62,867 bases of DNA from a virus (IMGVR_UViG_3300024518_003743:1-62867), one strand, 5' to 3'. Positions 48,621 to 55,659 are shown, numbered from the stretch's first letter. Numbers and translations: made by a program. Notes: generated by a model from the sequence alone, not told the origin.

Positions 48621-50948
48621 TTAATAGATTGGAACTCTCACTTCTACCCTGGTTAGCTTTCCGTCCTTGCCCCTAACAAGCTTCTGCTGAGTCTTGTATC
48701 TCTCCATTTCGGATTTGATTTCGAAAGGGGTTAGATGTTCGTAGCTTAGACTACAAATATAGGCAAAAACAATAGCAAACAACACATCATCGTGGTACTT
48801 CTGCGGGTCTACTGTCCCCCAGCTCTCGTTGCCTGATTTTGTGATCGTGCACACAAATGTTCTGAGCTGCACAAAAGGGGTGGTCATGTATACGCGGTCT
48901 CCGTACACCGTAAAGAACTCGTGCATCTTGCTGACAATGAATCTGGTTCTGTTCCCTCTGTTGTCAATTCCGTAAGTGTTCTGGCCGCCGTGGAAGGCTT
49001 GCGGAAGCTCCGTTCCCCACACCAATGAGTCCTCAAAGCCCTTTGCTTCCTTGTAATCGGTGTAGGCAGTTCCAATATTAGCCTCCACTAGCTCTTTTGC
49101 AGACTTGGACGACTCCGCCGAGTAGTATATGCCCAGCAACATGCACTGCAGGAAGGTGTACTTGTGGTCGGAGTCCCTGTAGTCCACAAATGCAGATACG
49201 GTCTTGTAGTGGGCATCAAATATAGCTGAGGCCATGTTCGAGAACCCGTTGTCTGACATAATGGGGTCAGTTCCCATGTAGTACCTGTGCATCCAGTTCT
49301 TCTGAGGCTCCATGAACATCGTTACGGATGCTCTCGGGTCTCCATCGTCTACCGCCACAAATGTAGCTCCTGTTATAGCGTAAGGCACGTCGCTGTTCTC
49401 GTCTGATGGTTTGGAGGTGTCGAATATCGGTTCGAAATACCCCTTCTTGGATCTGAGCCTATGTTCAACATTGTAAATCTTCTCGATGTTCTGGTTAATC
49501 CAATCGATTCCCACCAGAAGCTTCGATGAGGTCAGGAACATGTCTTCAACGATAGACGGGTAGTGCTGGCGGAACTGAACTCTTCTAGATTCCTTTTCCG
49601 GCCCTTCGATCGTATATGCTCTACGCTCAGATTCGTAGTGCTCCTTGGTAATACCTGGTCTGGTGGTCCAATCGAAGAATATAGGGATGATGCCGTATGT
49701 AAAGTCACGATTCTTCCATGCAGTGAGAGCCCGGAAGTATTCTTCCTCGTATGCCTTACCTCCTTTATCCATTTCGCCACCTGTACCCCAGATAATGATT
49801 TGACGCTTCATCTCAATCTTGTTTGTTTCCGGGTTCTGCCAGAACATGGTCGGACGAGCTTCCTTCATCATCTTCCCTAGAATGCCAATGTAACCAGCCT
49901 CATCAATCATAACGAGTTGAGGTGAACCACCGTTAATCGCTGCAACCGATGGAGCAACCACCCTGATGGATGAGTTCATTCCTTTCTTGACGCCCTTCTT
50001 GATGCCTTTTTTCCGGAGGCGGAACAGGTTGTCACGGTCGTTATCTACAGTAGGCCGGAACCACCTAGGGAGCTCCGTAAATGGATACTTAATCTTATCA
50101 TCGAAAATCTCAATACCCGATTCCTTATCCATGGTAATGAACTTGAGGAAGAAGTTTCTGTTGGTCGTAATCTTCTTCAGGGCACAAGCCCCGTATGTCG
50201 ATGTTGCTGCAATCTGACGAGGCTTACCCGTCATGCTGGAGTATCCACAATCGAACATGAAAGCGATAACCTTGTGCACAGGCTTGGCGATGTATTTCAT
50301 GGAGCCGGAAGACATGTCCCCTTCCTTAAGCATCAGGTACTTGTCCATGAAGTAGAGGGTGTTTTCCCGGCACCGTCTTATTTCCTCGTAGGCGTAGGCT
50401 CTAGCATCTCCGTCGTTACTGTAGTCGGTAATGTCTCCGTTTTCGGCCAGCCAATCGGAGGCCTGCTGGCAGTACATCTGGAAAGGAACATACGAACGCA
50501 TGTTCTGGAATCCATTGTTAATGCTGTCTATCCAGCGAATGAATTTTTCGTCGTGCTCGATGACACTATCAGGCATCCAATCAGACGTCTTGACGTCCTT
50601 TCCTCCCCTGTACTTAAATAAATCTGATTCTTGAAGCTTATCATAGGTCTCATTGTCAAGGATCTCGAAATCCCTGTGCATTCCTTCACCATCGTCTTCG
50701 ATGATGTCGATAAGTTTGTCTGATTCTATTTGCTTCTCCGTTTTTACGGAGTCGTCGGTCTGGACAGCCCTTCTCTTACGAGATTTCTTAGGCTTGTCAA
50801 TTACATCGATTCTGCCGGCATCTTTGAGCTGCTCTTCTTGCTCCAGGGATATCGGTAGTCCTTTGCTGTGAAGGTCTTCTATGAAGTCGAGATAGTTCTC
50901 TCTAATGACCTTCTTCTCTACTGCTTTCTGCTTTCTTTCTTCTGACAT
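48621..50948 (-). CDS. terL: terminase large subunit
   Basis: KPRQIAATS Walker A-like, MIDEAG Walker B, WGTGG, QHYP, YMGTDP and HDDVLFA nuclease motifs. Confidence 0.9.
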   Translation of the reverse strand: MSEERKQKAVEKKVIRENYLDFIEDLHSKGLPISLEQEEQLKDAGRIDVIDKPKKSRKRRAVQTDDSVKTEKQIESDKLIDIIEDDGEGMHRDFEILDNETYDKLQESDLFKYRGGKDVKTSDWMPDSVIEHDEKFIRWIDSINNGFQNMRSYVPFQMYCQQASDWLAENGDITDYSNDGDARAYAYEEIRRCRENTLYFMDKYLMLKEGDMSSGSMKYIAKPVHKVIAFMFDCGYSSMTGKPRQIAATSTYGACALKKITTNRNFFLKFITMDKESGIEIFDDKIKYPFTELPRWFRPTVDNDRDNLFRLRKKGIKKGVKKGMNSSIRVVAPSVAAINGGSPQLVMIDEAGYIGILGKMMKEARPTMFWQNPETNKIEMKRQIIIWGTGGEMDKGGKAYEEEYFRALTAWKNRDFTYGIIPIFFDWTTRPGITKEHYESERRAYTIEGPEKESRRVQFRQHYPSIVEDMFLTSSKLLVGIDWINQNIEKIYNVEHRLRSKKGYFEPIFDTSKPSDENSDVPYAITGATFVAVDDGDPRASVTMFMEPQKNWMHRYYMGTDPIMSDNGFSNMASAIFDAHYKTVSAFVDYRDSDHKYTFLQCMLLGIYYSAESSKSAKELVEANIGTAYTDYKEAKGFEDSLVWGTELPQAFHGGQNTYGIDNRGNRTRFIVSKMHEFFTVYGDRVYMTTPFVQLRTFVCTITKSGNESWGTVDPQKYHDDVLFAIVFAYICSLSYEHLTPFEIKSEMERYKTQQKLVRGKDGKLTRVEVRVPIY

Positions 50949-50962
50949 CAATACTAAATACG

Positions 50963-50993
50963 AAAAAAAGCTGTCCCCGGTTATGAGGACAGC
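50963..50993 (-). terminator. intrinsic terminator
   Basis: GCTGTCCTC-loop-GGGGACAGC followed by T7. Confidence 0.75.
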
Positions 50994-51005
50994 CTTAAAA
51001 CGAAA

Positions 51006-51485
51006 TTACTCACCTTGTTCTCGTGCTTCAATCACATCTTCCAATGCGATGACCGCTTTCTTTAAGTTCGTAAACGTAGAGCGCTGTTGTCCGAAATACT
51101 TCTTCGAAAGCTTTACTCTCTTGTTTGTGTTATCGATCAAGCTTTTGTATTTTCTTGCGTGCTCCTTCTGATTGAACTTATGAACCAGGTCACGCTTGTT
51201 CATTAATGTTGAGAGCACATCTGTAAGCTTCGAATCATCCGAAACCATCGGTCGGTAGTTCTTCGGTGCTGCGATGTACGACTTAGGATCGTATGGAGAA
51301 ATGTGTTTTTCGAAGCCCTGGGCTACATAAATCTCATCCAACATGTTTCCTAGTCCATTGATTGCCTTTGAGATGTTTTCCGGCGGACCGTCCAATTCAG
51401 GCATGACAAATCTTAGTGTACTCTTGCACTGGCATAACTCCTTCCGAGTCTCTTCTACCAACTGTGTAAACGCTGTTAATTTCAT
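51006..51485 (-). CDS. hypothetical protein
   Basis: 159-aa ORF with TAAATTTG upstream and its own terminator. Confidence 0.6.
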   Translation of the reverse strand: MKLTAFTQLVEETRKELCQCKSTLRFVMPELDGPPENISKAINGLGNMLDEIYVAQGFEKHISPYDPKSYIAAPKNYRPMVSDDSKLTDVLSTLMNKRDLVHKFNQKEHARKYKSLIDNTNKRVKLSKKYFGQQRSTFTNLKKAVIALEDVIEAREQGE

Positions 51486-51575
51486 CTTATCTAATTTTAG
51501 TTATATAACACTAACAAATTTATTGTTTTTCTTCAGAATAAAAAATCGTACTTTTATCGGATTAAACATCTAACT

Positions 51576-51836
51576 ATGCTAGATAAACCATTTTTAGTAT
51601 CCGAGAAAGGCATTGGGTCACCAGACCCACTGAACATGAACAAGGTTGTGTCTTTCGCAAAACATGAAGATGATGGCATTCAGAGTGCCAATAAGCCGGG
51701 GAGGAATCAAATCCGATTCACCCGAGATGAAAACAGTGTCGGGCCTAAAGAAGTATTTTGGAAGTTCGAATCAGAAGCAGACCGTGATAGCGAATACGAC
51801 AAAATTGTTTGTTTGGTAGCCACCCCAATTACGTAA
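51576..51836 (+). CDS. hypothetical protein, paralog of 51857..52120
   Basis: Shared KP...DP.N...PK.V.WKF..E...D..Y..I pattern. Confidence 0.65.
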   Translation: MLDKPFLVSEKGIGSPDPLNMNKVVSFAKHEDDGIQSANKPGRNQIRFTRDENSVGPKEVFWKFESEADRDSEYDKIVCLVATPIT

Positions 51837-51856
51837 CAATTAAATCTATATAGATC

Positions 51857-52120
51857 ATGAGTGCACTTGCAAAACCACTTATCCATAGCGTCAACGTGCT
51901 TTCTGGGCAATCAGACCCAGTAAATGTTGAAGAAATACAAACCATGACGAGAGTTGTGAATGACAATCCAGGTATTAACACTACTTCGGAATTTCATTTA
52001 GCTTTCGCAATGAGAGACCACGACCAAAACCCTAAGTCGGTGACTTGGAAGTTTGCGGACGAGACAGCTCTTGACGCAGCTTACGCAGCTATCTTGGCAT
52101 TAGCCTCGACTGCAGTCTAA
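51857..52120 (+). CDS. hypothetical protein, paralog of 51576..51836
   Basis: Same shared pattern. Confidence 0.65.
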   Translation: MSALAKPLIHSVNVLSGQSDPVNVEEIQTMTRVVNDNPGINTTSEFHLAFAMRDHDQNPKSVTWKFADETALDAAYAAILALASTAV

Positions 52121-52144
52121 TTTGGAAAAGCCATTTATTTGACA

Positions 52145-52255
52145 TACATTTGTTGTCACTTGTGTTTTTTAGCGAGAACATTTCCCCCTGAAAGGCTTCG
52201 GCCTCAAGGGGGTTCGCTAAAAACAAAGATAACACTATGTTACTCGCTAAGAAAA
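52145..52255 (+). promoter_or_regulatory. promoter (TACATTTG) plus structured 5' leader with two alternative pairings
   Basis: Arm 52163-52181 pairs with either 52214-52225 or the start-codon region 52237-52254; internal AGGC-TTCG-GCCT hairpin. Confidence 0.6.
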
Positions 52256-53031
52256 TTAAAACACATAGCCTCCTGCTCTCCACAATCGTGGAAATGAACG
52301 AGTTAAGAACCTACTCCTATTTTCTTAGATTCAAGTCATTATTCAATTCTTCGGCATTGAACAAAGGCAATCGCGCGAAACTATCTAGGCTCACCGGCCT
52401 TAGTGACAAGACCTGCAGAGTGTATGTAGGCAAGATGAAGCGACTAGGATGGATCAAGCAGAACGGAAGCGATTACGTTTTCATCAGCTACAAGGAAATG
52501 TTCATCAAGTACAAGCTGAACAAGAAACAATTCAATTACCACAAGATAATAAATGTAAGCTCCGACGACAGTACGGATTTGCTCATAACAAAATTAGCCT
52601 CCATTCTGTTGGAGGCTAACATTGATCGACAAATCTCTACAATAGCGGTCCGTGCAGAAATACACAAACCAACTCACTCACAATCGAGCGTTGGAAGACT
52701 TGCCACCAAATATAAGAATAAAGGGTGGAACTACAAGTATTCAACCAATGTGAGTGCGAGATTCAATGATGTTGTGCTTTCATGCAAGGGATTCGGTGGA
52801 CTTATAGGCAGAGGAAGGACGGCTGGGAAGCTCCTAAAGAAGAAACTCGTAGAAATGGAGTGTATCACCGTTGAAACGAATCAAGTGCTTCTGAGGGACT
52901 TTAAAGGGCGTTACGATTTATATCTTCTCATGAAAGCGAGGTCCAAAACTCCGGAACGCATGTTCTGGTACAGTGGAAAAGCTTGGAATCGTGAGCCGGA
53001 TTTCATCGCCTCTTTTAATTATATTGCATGA
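52237..53031 (+). CDS. basic winged-helix DNA-binding protein (possible replication initiator)
   Basis: LSRLTGLSDKTCRVYVGKMKRLGWI HTH; second HTH-like LSCKGFGGLIGRGRTAG...LVEMECI. Confidence 0.55.
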   Translation: MLLAKKIKTHSLLLSTIVEMNELRTYSYFLRFKSLFNSSALNKGNRAKLSRLTGLSDKTCRVYVGKMKRLGWIKQNGSDYVFISYKEMFIKYKLNKKQFNYHKIINVSSDDSTDLLITKLASILLEANIDRQISTIAVRAEIHKPTHSQSSVGRLATKYKNKGWNYKYSTNVSARFNDVVLSCKGFGGLIGRGRTAGKLLKKKLVEMECITVETNQVLLRDFKGRYDLYLLMKARSKTPERMFWYSGKAWNREPDFIASFNYIA

Positions 53032-53048
53032 AGAAGAAAGTATGAACT

Positions 53049-53073
53049 TGCGGTTTCTTACCGCATACATTTA
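53049..53073 (+). promoter_or_regulatory. palindrome TGCGGT-N5-ACCGCA abutting promoter-like TACATTTA
   Basis: Perfect 6-bp inverted repeat directly before a -7-like element. Confidence 0.4.
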
Positions 53074-53090
53074 ACAGAAAAAAAGAACAG

Positions 53091-53522
53091 ATGAAACTAT
53101 TCAAATTCGGAGCCCACAAGAAGCGGGCAGACAAAGCAGAAGTCATGGTGTACGAACTACGTCAGGAGCTTGTGCGTATTCTCAAGGAAAGCTACGAACT
53201 AGGTGAAGGGCTTAGAGACGAAATATTCATTCCTGAATATCTTGGCTTCCAAGAATCAACAATGGACAATGAAGAGTCCGGAACGGTCCGCATATACTCT
53301 CGAGACGGGTTCAATATCTCCCGAGCATCCCAAGGCAATACCTGGATCATGCTTCACCCGAGCGGGGCGAAGGTCTCCTTCACCATCGAAAAGATGTTCG
53401 ATGCAATCACCGTGCTCAAGTCGCTTGGCTTGAACATCTCTATCACGGACTACCTCAAGCAGACTCCAATGACGGACAAGTTTAATCTACTACTACATGG
53501 ACCAGATGCAGGAAAAGATTGA
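53091..53522 (+). CDS. hypothetical protein
   Basis: 143-aa ORF. Confidence 0.6.
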   Translation: MKLFKFGAHKKRADKAEVMVYELRQELVRILKESYELGEGLRDEIFIPEYLGFQESTMDNEESGTVRIYSRDGFNISRASQGNTWIMLHPSGAKVSFTIEKMFDAITVLKSLGLNISITDYLKQTPMTDKFNLLLHGPDAGKD

Positions 53523-53715
53523 GGAGCAGAAGAGGAAGAATAACGGCATCCCTGGAGTTGTTCAGCAACACGTCGAGGGCGTGGCGAATAGAGACGGGGC
53601 GTTTGTGCCCATGGCTATTACCATCGGCTACTTCGATATCACAACCGAAGTACCTAGAATTCAAGTAGATATTAATTTTCACCCTTCATTAGAAGGATTA
53701 ATCGAAGTATCATGA
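53497..53715 (+). CDS. hypothetical protein
   Basis: 72-aa ORF overlapping neighbours. Confidence 0.5.
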   Translation: MDQMQEKIEEQKRKNNGIPGVVQQHVEGVANRDGAFVPMAITIGYFDITTEVPRIQVDINFHPSLEGLIEVS

Positions 53716-54218
53716 AAAGAGAATTGCTAATATTTTTAGGAGGAGCGACTTGGGCTATTTTTGTCTTCTGGACGTTCGGATTGCTGGTAGGACCAGAAAA
53801 GGAAATAGTTCACAAGGAGCCTGGACACTTTGTGGAAACGCAAGTTATACACGACACATTGTTCATAGTCAAGGAATGGCCACCGGTTTTGCAACTGACA
53901 GGGACAACCTATCAGCCTACAGTGGCTCAGTGCGACAGCACTCCATTCAACACTGCTGACGGTTCGTTCATCAACGCCGTGGAGCTCCAGTATAGAAAGC
54001 TGAGGTGGTGCGCCGTAAGCAGGGACCTGCTCAAGCACAAAGGTGGCCCGTTCGAATACGGCGACACGATTACCGTTGTGTGCGAAGAACAGTTTTACTG
54101 TGATAGGTGGGTTGTTCACGACTGCATGGCAGCTAAGTACAATAACTGCATTGATTTTTTAACCTGGTTCGACCGTCCGAGAATTGGTCGGGATCCAAAT
54201 ATACTCGTGTTCAAATGA
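53712..54218 (+). CDS. membrane-anchored 3D-domain (MltA-like) protein
   Basis: N-terminal TM; TTY...QCDSTPFNTADG, AVSRDL, YGDTI, VHDCM, IDF. Confidence 0.75.
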   Translation: MKRELLIFLGGATWAIFVFWTFGLLVGPEKEIVHKEPGHFVETQVIHDTLFIVKEWPPVLQLTGTTYQPTVAQCDSTPFNTADGSFINAVELQYRKLRWCAVSRDLLKHKGGPFEYGDTITVVCEEQFYCDRWVVHDCMAAKYNNCIDFLTWFDRPRIGRDPNILVFK

Positions 54219-54457
54219 GTAAGGAAGAGCATAAGCTACCCTTGCCCTATATCCAGCTATGGCTATCCAAGACAGAGAAGGAAGGTAGAGGGTTTGCGGT
54301 ATCGGATGAGATGATGCCTCACCTAGACGAGGCGCTATTCTTTGGAAAGGATGACGCGAATCGCATTATATCAACACTGATGAAGCAAAGGGAGTGGAGA
54401 TTCCTCCCCTGCACGGACATCGAGCGTATTTTATTCACGAACAACAAAATGTTTTAA
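54215..54457 (+). CDS. hypothetical protein
   Basis: 80-aa ORF, ATGA overlap. Confidence 0.55.
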   Translation: MSKEEHKLPLPYIQLWLSKTEKEGRGFAVSDEMMPHLDEALFFGKDDANRIISTLMKQREWRFLPCTDIERILFTNNKMF

Positions 54458-54458
54458 T

Positions 54459-54773
54459 ATGGAATGTGTATTCTGCGGGGACGACTCGCACAGCTACAGG
54501 GACTGCCCGGAGAAGATAACTCCTCACTCGTCCCACATCTACGCGACTCCCATGCGAGACCTCGAGAGAAAGAAGGGGGATTTGATTCTCCCGCCGGACA
54601 AACGAACTACCGCGCCGAAAAGAGCTCGCATAATCTCCGTGGATCCGAGAATAGAGGATTGCGAAGTGAAAGAAGGGGACGTAATACTATATCCAGCGAA
54701 CCTCGCCTGGAAAATGAATGATCGACTGTTTCGAATTTTCGAAGCAAACATAATGGGGATAATACCGGAATAG
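54459..54773 (+). CDS. GroES-like co-chaperonin with N-terminal CCHC zinc knuckle
   Basis: CVFCGDDSHSYRDC (CX2CX4HX4C); KKGDLILP...IISVDP...VKEGDVILY...EANIMGII. Confidence 0.7.
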   Translation: MECVFCGDDSHSYRDCPEKITPHSSHIYATPMRDLERKKGDLILPPDKRTTAPKRARIISVDPRIEDCEVKEGDVILYPANLAWKMNDRLFRIFEANIMGIIPE

Positions 54774-54774
54774 T

Positions 54775-54987
54775 ATGAGCAAAGATTGGATCCAAATAGA
54801 AACATGCAAGCAGGCAAACGACCGAGTAGCGGCAATGGTTGACATTGAAGCAATGAAGGCCGAGAACCAGATGATGGTACACCTCGGAAAGAAGCCTAAA
54901 TACGAATGGGATGACTTCAACGCCGTGAAGGTGCGGTACGACCTAGACTACACTGGACTTCTGAACAAGAAGAAGAAACTAGAGTAA
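54775..54987 (+). CDS. hypothetical protein
   Basis: 70-aa ORF. Confidence 0.55.
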   Translation: MSKDWIQIETCKQANDRVAAMVDIEAMKAENQMMVHLGKKPKYEWDDFNAVKVRYDLDYTGLLNKKKKLE

Positions 54988-54990
54988 TGC

Positions 54991-55013
54991 AAAAAGGGGC
55001 CTAAAAGGGCCCC
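54991..55013 (-). terminator. intrinsic terminator
   Basis: GGGGCC-CTTTTA-GGCCCC-TTTTT. Confidence 0.75.
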
Positions 55014-55124
55014 AGCTTGGTCGTGTTCCAGTCCTAGTGCTCAACCTCGGGTTTGACTTTGAAATCTTACCTCGGGAGCTCCGGTGTTTTTCCACCGCTG
55101 ATCGCTTTCGCATCCACAGCTTAC
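54991..55124 (-). ncRNA. candidate ~130-nt structured small RNA
   Basis: Promoter-like TATATTCG (55127-55134), hairpins GC-GAAA-GC and CGGTG-GAAAAA-CACCG, own terminator. Confidence 0.5.
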
Positions 55125-55139
55125 CACGAATATACAAAT

Positions 55140-55167
55140 AAAAAAGCACCAACCAATGGCTGATGCT
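55140..55167 (-). terminator. intrinsic terminator of tmRNA coding piece
   Basis: AGCATCAGCC-ATT-GGTTGGTGCT followed by a T run. Confidence 0.75.
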
Positions 55168-55309
55168 TCTTCTACAGACGTGTCGTGCCTATGGGACGTT
55201 TCTACGCCACAGCTCTAAGCTGAGGTGAGAAAAGAGGTATTACTTTTCCTGTTATAGGATCAGACTCTCGAAGTATACATTTATAATGCAGTCAAAACCA
55301 GTCGGCCCC
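55140..55309 (-). ncRNA. ssrA: tmRNA coding piece of a permuted two-piece tmRNA; tag (A)GKVIPLFSPQLRAVA
   Basis: Starts GGGGCCGACTGGTTTTGAC at 55309; resume context TATAACA|GGA; tag frame 55249-55202 ends GCT GTG GCG TAG. Confidence 0.85.
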
Positions 55310-55393
55310 AGTATAATCGCTTTACGTCATTACCTTTACACTCTTCCACAATGGAGATGAGGTTTGTCCTAGACGGGCAATACTGTTTTCTTG

Positions 55394-55450
55394 TGGAGCC
55401 GGAGGGTATCGAACCCTCGTCCAAACACCGTTTCTTCTCAAACGAATCTG
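55394..55450 (-). ncRNA. ssrA: tmRNA acceptor piece of a permuted two-piece tmRNA
   Basis: GGAC-GAGGG-TTCGATA-CCCTC-CGGCTCC-A; pairs with GGGGCCG to give a G3.U70 alanine acceptor stem. Confidence 0.85.
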
Positions 55451-55453
55451 GTG

Positions 55454-55461
55454 CAAATATA
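55454..55461 (-). promoter_or_regulatory. Bacteroidota -7 promoter (TATATTTG) for tmRNA precursor
   Basis: Exact TAnnTTTG 3 nt before the first paired segment of the acceptor piece. Confidence 0.7.
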
Positions 55462-55467
55462 ATAAAG

Positions 55468-55538
55468 TTCTCCGAGATAGATTCGAACTACCGTTTTCTG
55501 GCCCAAAACCAGACGTCCTGCCCCTAGACGACCGGAGA
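55468..55538 (-). tRNA. tRNA-Gln (anticodon TTG)
   Basis: Acceptor TCTCCGG/TCGGAGA, anticodon arm TCTGG-TTTTGGG-CCAGA, T arm GGTAG-TTCGAAT-CTATC; CCA not encoded. Confidence 0.9.
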
Positions 55539-55544
55539 GTTATG

Positions 55545-55618
55545 TCGGGGTGACAGGGATCGAACCTGCGACCTGATGCTCCCAAAGCACCCGCGCTACC
55601 AAACTGCGCTACACCCCG
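55545..55618 (-). tRNA. tRNA-Pro (anticodon TGG)
   Basis: Acceptor CGGGGTG/CACCCCG, anticodon arm GGTGC-TTTGGGA-GCATC, T loop TTCGATC; CCA not encoded. Confidence 0.95.
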
Positions 55619-55630
55619 ATTTACTACAAC

Positions 55631-55659
55631 AAAAAAGCCCCACTATAAATAGCAGGGCT
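55631..55659 (-). terminator. attenuator terminator upstream of tRNA-Pro/tRNA-Gln
   Basis: AGCCCTGCTAT-TT-ATAGTGGGGCT-TTTTT, about 12 nt before tRNA-Pro. Confidence 0.8.

Noticed and set aside
26210-50871. Many + strand ORFs antisense to the structural genes
   Set aside because: Ser/Phe/Leu-rich shadow frames of long - strand genes with no motifs.
54991-55124. SRP or 6S RNA identity for the 130-nt RNA
   Set aside because: Lacks the SRP GGAA loop with CAGG/AGCAG internal loop and the long rod with central bubble of 6S.
55394-55425. T arm and acceptor half read as a tRNA fragment or attachment site
   Set aside because: Its complementary 5' half and a tag frame lie downstream, explaining it as permuted tmRNA; no integrase is present.
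55322-55585. 87-aa - strand ORF in the track
   Set aside because: It runs across tRNA-Pro, tRNA-Gln and the tmRNA acceptor piece; a shadow ORF.
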